A stretch of 24,000 nucleotides of DNA from Candidatus Saccharimonadales bacterium (GCA_049292975.1 JBATRZ010000058.1:3425-27424), one strand, 5' to 3'. Positions 12,594 to 20,555 are shown, counted from the first letter of the stretch. Program-made: numbers and translations. Notes: a model not told the origin generated them from the sequence alone.

Positions 12594-14111
12594 ATGATAA
12601 TGCATATGTTTACTACACCGCTTGGGATAGCCGTATCTATTGGCTTAGTGGGGGTTGTTTTAGAGCTGCTGATGGCGGCTGTGCGTATCATCTGGCTGCG
12701 CCAGGCGCTTGCGTTCGGTGTCATACTGGTAACTGCCTTTGCCGCAGCTTTAGTACTCAGTCTCTTTTATAACGTCTTTGGCGCTCTGGTGTTTTTTATC
12801 GCAGCTTACCGCGTGTTAAATGCCTGCCGGGTCGTCTATGGGCGTTCAGACCCCCGCCGCAACCTTGCTGTGACGCGCCGCACGAGCCTGATGTTGCTTG
12901 CTTACCAGATGTTAAGCATCCTATTGCTGGTAGTTGATGCGGCGGCCGATGTAAGCAGTAATGCATGGTTAGTGCTTGCTTTGACAGCTTCGCTTATTGC
13001 AGCTGTCGCTACAAACTACTCTTTGCACCGTACGCTGGGACGCAGCCAGCCGCGTACGGACACGACACGTCCAAGCATTGATGATTTGCCTACGATCAGC
13101 GTATGTATACCCGCCCGCAATGAGACAGATGACCTGGTGGCCTGCCTGGAATCCGTGCTGGCCAGTGATTATCCAAAACTAGAAGTGCTGGTACTCGATG
13201 ATTGCTCACATGCTAAAACTTCAGAGATTATCCGCGGCTTTGCTAACAAGGGTGTGCGGTTCATTGGCGGCGAACCGCCGCGGGAAGGCTGGCTGGCCAA
13301 AAACCAGGCATACCAGGCCCTAGCTGAGGCTGCCAGCAGCGATTACCTGCTGTTCTGCGGAGTAGATGTGCGCTTTAGTATAGGCAGTATTAGGGCCATG
13401 CTGACCGATATGCGTCTGCGTGACAAGCACATGGTTTCAGTCATGCCGGCTGGCCGCCAGTACCCGGGCCTGGGCCAACTTATCCAGCCCATGCGTTACT
13501 GGTGGGAGCTGGGCTTGCCGCGCCGCTTGTTTAACCGTCCGCCGGCGCTGAGTACGGCATGGCTTATAGAAAAACGCAGGCTGGCAGCTTTAGGCGGTTT
13601 CAAAGCAGTGAGCAATATGGTGGTGCCAGAGAGCTATTTTGCACGTGAGCTGGTAAGGGAGGATGGTTACAGTTTTTTACGTTCCGCCGGCGAGCTGCAG
13701 CTGCAATCTGTTAAAGGCTTCCCCGAACAGTGGGCTACGGCGTTACGCACGCGCTACCCGCAGGCCCGCAAACGTCCAGAGTCCGTGTTAGTAATAGCGC
13801 TTGGTGAAGTGTTCGCCTTGCTGCTGCCTTTCGCGGTGCTGGTATGGGGCATAGTATCGCCCCTGGGAGCAGCTTGGCTATTGGCAGCGGTGAGCTGCCT
13901 ATTGCTTGCCGCGGCCTATTACCGTATCATCACCGCCTGGCAGACCAGACACAGGCTTATTGCCGCATGCGGCTTGCCCGCAGCCTTGCTGCTTGAGTTG
14001 TTTATACTGCATTATTCGATGTGGAAATATGAGTTTTCGCAAGTCGGCTGGAAACAGCGCAATATCTGCATACCGGTCATGCAGGCCATAAAACACCTGC
14101 CTAAGCTGTAG
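12594..14111 (+). CDS. integral-membrane family 2 glycosyltransferase
   Basis: The GT2 core is present (ISVCIPARNETDDLVACLESVLASDYPKLEVLVLDDCS...YLLFCGVDVRF), flanked by multiple hydrophobic helices at both ends. Confidence 0.85.
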   Translation: MIMHMFTTPLGIAVSIGLVGVVLELLMAAVRIIWLRQALAFGVILVTAFAAALVLSLFYNVFGALVFFIAAYRVLNACRVVYGRSDPRRNLAVTRRTSLMLLAYQMLSILLLVVDAAADVSSNAWLVLALTASLIAAVATNYSLHRTLGRSQPRTDTTRPSIDDLPTISVCIPARNETDDLVACLESVLASDYPKLEVLVLDDCSHAKTSEIIRGFANKGVRFIGGEPPREGWLAKNQAYQALAEAASSDYLLFCGVDVRFSIGSIRAMLTDMRLRDKHMVSVMPAGRQYPGLGQLIQPMRYWWELGLPRRLFNRPPALSTAWLIEKRRLAALGGFKAVSNMVVPESYFARELVREDGYSFLRSAGELQLQSVKGFPEQWATALRTRYPQARKRPESVLVIALGEVFALLLPFAVLVWGIVSPLGAAWLLAAVSCLLLAAAYYRIITAWQTRHRLIAACGLPAALLLELFILHYSMWKYEFSQVGWKQRNICIPVMQAIKHLPKL

Positions 14112-14116
14112 TCTGC

Positions 14117-15247
14117 TTAGGCGGTGACGGGTTTGGATGGTTCGCGGGATGGTATAAAGATAGTGAACGCCGAACCGACATCCAGCGTGCTGCTCAGTGA
14201 TATCTCGGCACCGATAAGTTTTGCTAGTTTACGCGTGACATATAGGCCCAGGCCTGTGCCCGAACTTTTGCGCGTGCGGTAATCCTCGCTCCTAAAGAAC
14301 TTATTGAACACCTGGTCCTGGTCGTTCTTGCTCATGCCTATGCCCGTATCGGTGACGGTAAAGTTTACGCCGCCCGGCCCGGGCGCAGCGGCGATGGTAA
14401 CGGTGCCCTTCTCGGTGTATTTGATGGCGTTGGTAATGAAGTTCTGTAATATTTCACGCACGTACAGCGAGCTGGAGTACAGCAGCTCAAGCTTGGGGTC
14501 TATCTCGGTAATAAGCTGAAGATTTTTCTTTTCTGCGCTCGGCTTGTAATTTTCACCCAAGGTCGCAATAAGCTGGGCAACGTTGATGGAGACAAAGTTA
14601 ATATCCAGCGTGCCGTTCTCGGCTCGGGACAAGGTAGACAGGTCGTTTATCAGGCTGGCCAAAAACAGGATCTGATCCCGGGCCTGACTAACCGTGTTCT
14701 TGATGGTAATCATTCCGGCCTCTTTCTCAATGGCCAGCAGCGCGTTGCTAACATTGCCTTCGGCGATTGTAACGGGCGTGCGCAGTTCGTGGCTGACCAC
14801 ACTAACGAATTCGTCGCGCTCTTCCTCAAGCGATTTTTCATGCGTGATGTCGCGTACTAGCAGTACAAAACCGCCTTTGTCCTCTGAACCAAAACTGGGT
14901 TTAACCGGAGCGATGCTAAGGTAGACATTGATAAGCGAGCCGTCACCGTAGCGCAGCCGGTAATCGCGTGAAATTGTCTGGGTAGTGCTGGTGGTAACCA
15001 GGCGGGTGCCGTCTATGGGCTGTTCATGCGCGTCTAGCAGCTTAAGTATGTTGCCGATATATTCATCCTCGATACCGGTGTTGCTGTCGAGCACATTGAG
15101 GGCGGCGCCGTTGTAAAGCATGACACGGCCAAAGCGGTCGGTAGCGATGACACCGTCTGCCATGCTGTTGATAAGGGCGCGCAGCTGCCCGTGTTCCAGA
15201 TTAATAATCTCCTGCTCGGTCAGGTTGGCGGTATTGGGTTCTGGCAT
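14117..15247 (-). CDS. cytoplasmic PAS-domain sensor histidine kinase
   Basis: It has the H-box SHELRTP, the N-box ILQNFITNAIKYT, G1 DTGIGM and G2 GTGLGL. I see no TM segment and no adjacent response regulator. Confidence 0.9.
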   Translation of the reverse strand: MPEPNTANLTEQEIINLEHGQLRALINSMADGVIATDRFGRVMLYNGAALNVLDSNTGIEDEYIGNILKLLDAHEQPIDGTRLVTTSTTQTISRDYRLRYGDGSLINVYLSIAPVKPSFGSEDKGGFVLLVRDITHEKSLEEERDEFVSVVSHELRTPVTIAEGNVSNALLAIEKEAGMITIKNTVSQARDQILFLASLINDLSTLSRAENGTLDINFVSINVAQLIATLGENYKPSAEKKNLQLITEIDPKLELLYSSSLYVREILQNFITNAIKYTEKGTVTIAAAPGPGGVNFTVTDTGIGMSKNDQDQVFNKFFRSEDYRTRKSSGTGLGLYVTRKLAKLIGAEISLSSTLDVGSAFTIFIPSREPSKPVTA

Positions 15248-15278
15248 ACTGGTTAGAGTATAGCAAGTAACGCTAATG

Positions 15279-15995
15279 CTAACCAGCGGCGAGCGGCGCT
15301 ATAGCTGTCTGATGGGTCTTTAGCTCGCGGCGTACGCGCTTGGCGCCGGGCAGCACACCTTCGAAGCGACGCCAAAACGCTTCCGAATGATCCAGCTGCT
15401 CGGTATGTACCAGTTCGTGCAGCAGGACATAATCTATCAGATGCCACGGCAGCTGCATTAGGAAAATGTTAAGCGTTATATGCTTGGTGCTTGAGCAACT
15501 ACCCCAGCGGGAGCTTAGCCGCTTGGTAGAAACCGACTTGTATCTGAAGCCGTTATTTTGGGCCAGAACTTGCAGGCGGGCCGGCAGCAGGCGGTCGGAC
15601 TGTTTTTTGAGCGCTTTCAGCGCGCCGCGCTGGGCGGCTTTTTGGACATCATCACTAGAGAGCAGACTGGCAGGGGGGTGCAGCACGGTTATCTTAAGCT
15701 GGGTCGTACGGACAGTGGCCTTGGCAAGTGATCCGTCAGCTACAAAAGTAAGGCGATGGGCTTTGCCGATACGGTCCCCCTCTTTTAGCAGCGGGTTGCC
15801 TACGGGGCGGTGGCTGGTTATCCAATTATGGCGCGCTTTGGCAAACTCGATACCGGCCTGGTACGGCAGCCAATGCGGCAAACTGACGCGCACAGTACCG
15901 TCGCGGCCAAAGCTAAGGCGTATATTGGTGTTGCCGCGCCGTTTGGCCAGCGTAATATCACCGATGCCAGGAATAAAGGCAGTCTTGTTGGCCAT
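15279..15995 (-). CDS. YgjP/DUF45-like (M48-type) zinc metallohydrolase
   Basis: The HExxH context is LLHELVHTEQLDHSEAFWRRF. The SD AAGGAG lies 7 nt upstream. Confidence 0.8.
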   Translation of the reverse strand: MANKTAFIPGIGDITLAKRRGNTNIRLSFGRDGTVRVSLPHWLPYQAGIEFAKARHNWITSHRPVGNPLLKEGDRIGKAHRLTFVADGSLAKATVRTTQLKITVLHPPASLLSSDDVQKAAQRGALKALKKQSDRLLPARLQVLAQNNGFRYKSVSTKRLSSRWGSCSSTKHITLNIFLMQLPWHLIDYVLLHELVHTEQLDHSEAFWRRFEGVLPGAKRVRRELKTHQTAIAPLAAG

Positions 15996-16006
15996 AGCTT
16001 GGCTCC

Positions 16007-16672
16007 TTAACGTAAGACAATGTTGCGGCGGTGATTACGCTCGTTTTTGCTGTTTTGTGCCTGCGGGACCAGATTAACCAGCTCTGGCCTGACCATCTTG
16101 CTGGCCGCGGCAGATGCCTTGACTACTTGCATGTCGGCAAGTTTCTTAAGCGTCGAGCTAAGCTGTCCGGCAAAGGAATGTTTGCCGCTTACAACCACAA
16201 AATCTTCAGTGGGTTCCGGATGCTGCATATAGCTGACCAGTTGCTTAAAGGCCTCGACATCGTAGCCAACAGCATAGCGGTCATCGTGCTTGCGGCGGTC
16301 GCGCTTGTGATTGCGCACAAAGGCGGTATCGGCATCTACCTGGAACCAGACAACCAAGCTAGCGGCCTTATGCTTGCGGGCCAAATCACGCAGTGCGCGG
16401 CGCTGGCTGACGCGCAGAGCATTCATGTCATAAATTACGCTAATACCAGCGCTCAAAAATTCGCCGGTCATGTACTCCATGATACGGTTAAGTGCAAAGT
16501 TTTCCTGCTTGGTGTATTTGGGCGTTTCAAACAGTTGCGCGCGGATGCGGTCCTGCTCCAGATGGGCTGCCTCAAAAGCCTCATTGAACTGGCGTGCAAA
16601 ATACGTCTTGCCTGCCCCCGGGAAGCCATATAAAAGAATAAGAACAGGCTGGGTTGAACTAATCTTCACCAT
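16007..16672 (-). CDS. P-loop kinase / AAA_33-like ATP-binding protein
   Basis: The Walker A motif is LLYGFPGAGKTY. The start is taken at ATG 16672, because the track start 16801 would run into tRNA-Trp. Confidence 0.75.
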   Translation of the reverse strand: MVKISSTQPVLILLYGFPGAGKTYFARQFNEAFEAAHLEQDRIRAQLFETPKYTKQENFALNRIMEYMTGEFLSAGISVIYDMNALRVSQRRALRDLARKHKAASLVVWFQVDADTAFVRNHKRDRRKHDDRYAVGYDVEAFKQLVSYMQHPEPTEDFVVVSGKHSFAGQLSSTLKKLADMQVVKASAAASKMVRPELVNLVPQAQNSKNERNHRRNIVLR

Positions 16673-16729
16673 ATATAGATATAGTTTATAACACCGAATC
16701 TGAAATAAGAAGTGCTGCCATGTAAATAA

Positions 16730-16758
16730 GTGACAAAATAACAGATGTAAGCTATGAT
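16730..16758 (+). promoter_or_regulatory. promoter GTGACA-17-TATGAT for tRNA-Trp
   Basis: The -35 is at 16730-16735 and the -10 at 16753-16758. Confidence 0.5.
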
Positions 16759-16786
16759 AGTGCTTGATTTTACCAAAGCAACATAC

Positions 16787-16862
16787 AGGGGTGTAGCTCA
16801 ATTGGTAGAGTAGCGGTCTCCAAAACCGTTGGTTGCAGGTTCAAGTCCTGTCACCCCTGCCA
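16787..16862 (+). tRNA. trnW: tRNA-Trp with anticodon CCA and an encoded CCA end
   Basis: A hand-folded cloverleaf works. The acceptor stem is AGGGGTG/CACCCCT, the D arm is GCTC..GAGT, the anticodon stem is GCGGT/ACCGT with loop CTCCAAA, and the T arm is GCAGG-TTCAAGT-CCTGT. Confidence 0.95.
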
Positions 16863-16900
16863 AATTCAAAAGCCAGGTTCATGCCTGGCTTTTGAATTTG
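16861..16900 (+). other. 17-bp perfect hairpin directly after the tRNA
   Basis: CAAATTCAAAAGCCAGG-ttcatg-CCTGGCTTTTGAATTTG. It may act as a terminator or a processing structure. Confidence 0.7.
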
Positions 16901-17013
16901 TTCGCGTGACGGGCTCGAACCCTTGGGTCGAGAACTGCCGGTGGCAGTTTGAGTTTTCTTTGCTTGGCCAGCCGAGATGCTTCAGCTCTCGAGGCTGCAA
17001 AATATAGATTGTT

Positions 17014-17031
17014 GTCCTGTCACCCCTGCCA
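17014..17031 (+). repeat. exact 18-nt duplicate of the tRNA-Trp 3' end (identical to 16845-16862)
   Basis: GTCCTGTCACCCCTGCCA occurs at both positions, separated by 151 bp. Confidence 0.9.
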
Positions 17032-17039
17032 TTGTAGAT

Positions 17040-17064
17040 GACTCAGCGCAAGCTGGGTCTTTTA
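17040..17064 (+). terminator. small terminator after the duplicated tRNA end
   Basis: GACTCAGC-gcaa-GCTGGGTC is followed by TTTTA. Confidence 0.55.
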
Positions 17065-17254
17065 CATTGGCAACAAAACCCTGACACAAGCCGCCAGCTG
17101 TGAACATGATGACGCAGCTGTAATAGGCGTCTATCTAACCCAGTTGTTATACGATATTCAAATATTATTCCGCCCGCAAGCATGATATTAATCGCGCCCA
17201 ATAATTAATACAACTAGCCTTGAATGCTTTTGTATCCGCATTTTTAAATAAGGC

Positions 17255-17290
17255 AGAATAAAAACCCTAGCGCCTAATTTGGCACTAGGG
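17255..17290 (-). terminator. intrinsic terminator after the LysM-Rpf gene
   Basis: The minus-strand CCCTAGTGCC-aaatta-GGCGCTAGGG is followed by TTTTTATT. Confidence 0.75.
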
Positions 17291-17304
17291 ATCAATATTA
17301 ACAA

Positions 17305-18042
17305 CTAGCGTAAGCCAAGTTTCTTGGTGCAAGCGGGCCACTGGCCCCAACCCGAACGCTGTTGCAAGATCTGGCCGCGCAGAATCTGTTCCTCGCGTGA
17401 GTTCTGGTGCGGCAGGCCCTGGCCGCCAACGGCCCGCCAGGTGCTGGCGGTAAACTGCAGTCCGCCGTAGTAGCCATTACCGGTGTTAATAGCCCAGTTA
17501 CCGCCTGATTCGCATCTGGCCAAGGCGTCCCAGATACTGCCGTCAGTTACAGCCGGAGCGCTGGTTACGACGCGCCGCGCTGTTGTACGCGCTGCGGCCG
17601 GCTTTACGGCTGGTTTAGTTACGGCTGCAGGCATGGCACGGGCGGCCAGCACTTCGTCTGCAAGCGGAATACGCAGTTGCTGGCCAGAATGAATAATATC
17701 CGGGTTCTGTATACCGTCATTGGCGTCATAAAGGCGCTGTACGGTTATGCCATGAGCTTTGGCTATGGCCGAGAGCGAATCGCCCCTAGCGACCGTTACA
17801 ATGACAGGCGCCGGCAAAGCAGCCTCTGCCTGTACGGTTTGTTCCGCGGGCAATTCTTCAATCCCCGGCTGATTATGCAAAGAGTCTGCTGCTTGCTGCT
17901 GTGCAGAAACACCGCTGCGATCTATGCCTAAATCGTTATTAATTGTTATAACATTGAGCTGGCCGCCAACTGCTGTTTGGCCGCCGCCGAGCGATATGAT
18001 TGATGCTGATAATATAGTGATTGGTAACGCAGTAATGCGCAT
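17305..18042 (-). CDS. secreted LysM-domain protein with a C-terminal Rpf (resuscitation-promoting-factor-type transglycosylase) domain
   Basis: The Rpf domain is IWDALARCESGGNWAINTGNGYYGGLQFTASTWRAVGG and the LysM domain is VARGDSLSAIAKAHGITVQRLYDAN...GQQLRIP. A signal-like N-terminus follows from ATG 18042; the track start is 18117. Confidence 0.85.
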   Translation of the reverse strand: MRITALPITILSASIISLGGGQTAVGGQLNVITINNDLGIDRSGVSAQQQAADSLHNQPGIEELPAEQTVQAEAALPAPVIVTVARGDSLSAIAKAHGITVQRLYDANDGIQNPDIIHSGQQLRIPLADEVLAARAMPAAVTKPAVKPAAARTTARRVVTSAPAVTDGSIWDALARCESGGNWAINTGNGYYGGLQFTASTWRAVGGQGLPHQNSREEQILRGQILQQRSGWGQWPACTKKLGLR

Positions 18043-18508
18043 AATTTCTAAAACAACTCCCTCTACCCTTGTCACTGCCTGCCCTCTGGCGCGCTTAATA
18101 AACGCGCACTGCGGCACGGCTGAAACACCCTCTTATACTATTGTTTCGCCTTAAATGGCGGGAATTTCAGGGTAATGTGGCTGTTGCCGGCACGCTACAT
18201 GTAGCGTATGGCGCTAGCCCTAGTGCACTATTCCACCTCACATGGAAAATGACACAGAGTCCAGCCTATACGTTTACGAAATATATGTCAATAAATACCA
18301 AAAGCATTTTGTAATATGTCTCTGTTAAAACGCTTTTGTAAAATTTACAAAGATACCATCATTTATTGTTATCGTGTTTAAAAACGAAACTGCTATGCAA
18401 AGCTACGTCTGCTAGTGAAAAAGCGTTAATAGATACCATCTGAAGCTTGGAATCACCAGCTTGCTGTTATGTTTTAGCTGCCGTCCGGTGATGGTATAAA
18501 ACGGGTTA

Positions 18509-19015
18509 TTACCACTTTTTGGACTTGAATCTGAACGATTTGAAAATAAGCCCGTCCAATAGCAAGTGGCTAAAGTAGCCAACAACCGCCGCGCCGTAGA
18601 ACAACAGCGCAAACGTCAAGTTGTTGTGGTTGTGGACATACGGGATAAGCACGATGGGCAGCGGTATCAGCAGCATAGCCAGGCGCGAATGTGTCCAGCC
18701 GCGGTGCTTGCCGACTATCGGTGTCATGGCCAGCAGGCCTAAGTATGCCGCGGCCTCTAGCCGGCCGATCCAGATCAGGATAATATCTACGATAAAAGCC
18801 AGCCCGAAGAAAATATCCTGCCCCTTGGAATTCGTATCAACATCCGGCCACAGACCGAAAAGAATGGCCACCACGAATACGCCAACAAGAGTCTGCCAGT
18901 CACTGAGCATGCCCGTAGCCGAAGCAAGCAGCATGCCGGGCATAAGCAGGATGATAAGTACGAATACCGCGCATAGCACGACCGCACCTGCCGTATGGCC
19001 CTTATAGCCCGCCAC
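18509..19015 (-). CDS. YdjM/DUF457-like membrane-bound metal-dependent hydrolase
   Basis: It is a multi-TM protein with the HRGWTHS and FSHLLLDG motifs. It lies 1 nt after the upstream gene. Confidence 0.75.
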   Translation of the reverse strand: MAGYKGHTAGAVVLCAVFVLIILLMPGMLLASATGMLSDWQTLVGVFVVAILFGLWPDVDTNSKGQDIFFGLAFIVDIILIWIGRLEAAAYLGLLAMTPIVGKHRGWTHSRLAMLLIPLPIVLIPYVHNHNNLTFALLFYGAAVVGYFSHLLLDGLIFKSFRFKSKKW

Positions 19016-19016
19016 T

Positions 19017-19679
19017 TTATGCGTACCCCGTGAATTGGTCGGTCTTTATCTGCTGTTTTGCTGCGCCGTGCTTGATAAGTGCGGTATAAATGTCATCGAC
19101 CATACCCTTTGGCCCGCTGATGTAAATAAGATTTTGCAGCCAGTGCGCAGCCATGGATGACCGGTTATCAAGCGCCAGCCCTTTGCCCGGCAGATAGTGT
19201 ACATGTAGTGACGGATCGGCACTATGCCAGGCATTAAGTTCTGCCTGGAATAGCGGCGGTACATCACTAGTAACATAGACCAGGGTTGCATTAAGCCGTT
19301 TCTGCTCTTTTATAGCTTGTGCCAGCATAGCGCGGAACGGTGTGATACCGATACCGCCGGCGATAAACAGCCGCGGTCCGTCCTCATCTCCCCAGACAAA
19401 GTCACCCTCGATGTTATGCCCCTGCACCTCATCACCGGGTTTGAGATTTGCTAGGCTTTGTTTGAAGCTGCTATCCGATAACCGGGTAGTTATTTGCAGG
19501 CGCCCTTCGCTGGGTGCTGAGGCGATGGTAAAGCGCCGCTCGCCGGTGCCGTAGGTCTTGCGCGGCAGTTCCAGGCGGATTGATTGGCCGGCCAGCCAGC
19601 TGACGCTTGCAACGGGCTCAAAGCAGAACGACCATGTACCGTTGCCCTCGTCTTTTTTATCTGTAAACCTCAGTTTCAT
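19017..19679 (-). CDS. FNR-like FAD/NAD(P)-binding oxidoreductase
   Basis: RRFTIAS is the RxY(T/S)-type FAD motif, and GGIGITPFRAM is the NAD(P) motif. TATAAT at 19688-19693 lies 8 nt before the ATG, with no SD. Confidence 0.8.
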   Translation of the reverse strand: MKLRFTDKKDEGNGTWSFCFEPVASVSWLAGQSIRLELPRKTYGTGERRFTIASAPSEGRLQITTRLSDSSFKQSLANLKPGDEVQGHNIEGDFVWGDEDGPRLFIAGGIGITPFRAMLAQAIKEQKRLNATLVYVTSDVPPLFQAELNAWHSADPSLHVHYLPGKGLALDNRSSMAAHWLQNLIYISGPKGMVDDIYTALIKHGAAKQQIKTDQFTGYA

Positions 19680-19708
19680 ACCATAATATTATAATGTAAA
19701 AACAAGTA

Positions 19709-19739
19709 TTGACGTAAGCAGTTTAGGCGGGTGTATACT
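19709..19739 (+). promoter_or_regulatory. candidate promoter TTGACG-19-TATACT for the polymerase operon
   Basis: The -35 is at 19709-19714 and the -10 at 19734-19739. The spacer is long, so this is tentative. Confidence 0.35.
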
Positions 19740-20086
19740 AGAACCAGTCACGTGCGGGCTTGGTTGGTCACCCCATCATTCCTCCGCCCGGGCTATTACG
19801 CAAACTATAGCCGCCCGAGTAAATCATAGCGATTTAACAGAGGTGCCTATTTAGCGGACATGAAGCAAAGCACTTTTCGGTTATAAATAACTCTTTCTGG
19901 CCGAAAAATCCGCGCCGCTTGTCGATGTAACATAGGCTACATCTTCGCACGGCACGAAGTTTTCATCTCAGAAATAGCTAATTTCTAACTCGAAAAAGCT
20001 TTACGTCATATCCGCAATCAAATCGTCAGAGCAGCGTGTACGTTAAGCTGCCACCCTACTAAATCTTTTAAGTGGAGTGATTTGAT

Positions 20087-20407
20087 ATGCGTAATAGCCT
20101 CTCTTTTAACCAAAACAAAAATGCCGTCGATGTCCTGTTTTCGTTCAGCGGCCGTGACCAGTATGCCCGGCCGGTCCGCCTGACCTGGGATGGTGAAGAT
20201 TATACCTTAGGCGGCGTGCAGTTTTGGTATGCCGAGCATAAGGGCGACATCCTGGTGCACCACTACCGTGTCAGCGACGAACATGGCGAGTACACTTTTG
20301 AGCTCAGTCTTGAGACCGAGAATCTTACCTGGAACCTGGACAGGGCTACTAAGTCCGGCTCGACTGCCGCACTGGCCGGCCGGAAGTTTGCGGGGGCAAC
20401 GTTATGA
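20087..20407 (+). CDS. small protein P1 of unrecognised family, paralogue of P2
   Basis: 106 aa with GGAG 9 nt upstream of the ATG. In a hand alignment with P2, 22 of 58 positions are identical. Confidence 0.75.
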   Translation: MRNSLSFNQNKNAVDVLFSFSGRDQYARPVRLTWDGEDYTLGGVQFWYAEHKGDILVHHYRVSDEHGEYTFELSLETENLTWNLDRATKSGSTAALAGRKFAGATL

Positions 20408-20421
20408 AAAATTTAACACTA

Positions 20422-20526
20422 GGCAATTCACAGTTCACAATAAATTCACATTTTACATGTAGCATTGCCGCTGCAGCCCCTTGTGAATTGGTAATTGATA
20501 ATTTAATTAAAATTGTAAATTGTAAG
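20422..20526 (+). repeat. AT-rich TTCACA/TGTGAA element, copy A
   Basis: CAATTCACA (20424-20432) and TGTGAATTG (20483-20491) flank a GC-rich core GCCGCTGCAGCCCC. It is collinear with copy B and copy 1. Confidence 0.75.
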
Positions 20527-20555
20527 TTGAAAATTGCTCCTGAAAGGAGCCAGCT

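Noticed and set aside
12440-12724. Track ORF 12440..12724 (-), which overlaps the start of the GT2 gene.
   Set aside because: It has no SD and overlaps both the divergent promoter region and the hydrophobic N-terminus of the glycosyltransferase. It is judged a shadow ORF.
16905-16940. A T-arm-like motif (GGGTTCGAGCCC on the minus strand) inside the 151-bp insert, considered as a second tRNA gene.
   Set aside because: No cloverleaf can be built. It folds instead as a simple bulged hairpin, CTCGAACCC/GGGTCGAG.
18043-18290. A ydaO-type c-di-AMP riboswitch, which is commonly found upstream of actinobacterial rpf genes.
   Set aside because: I cannot find the conserved cores I remember for that class (GGGGACCCA, GGGGUGAAUCC, CCCGAAUCCG...AGCUAACCUCGUA). 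Only vague resemblances are present, such as ACCCUGAAAUUCCCGCC. A covariance-model scan is needed before any claim.
540-19007. Many track ORFs lie antisense to strong genes. Examples are 540..827, 1169..1597, 1647..1874, 3430..3765, 6855..7133, 8149..8475, 10444..10680, 10823..11188, 15466..16077, 16031..16633, 17483..17931 and 18621..19007.
   Set aside because: Each lies inside, and opposite to, a gene with clear homology-type motifs. They lack an SD and have low-complexity or Ser/Ala/Arg-rich translations typical of shadow frames.
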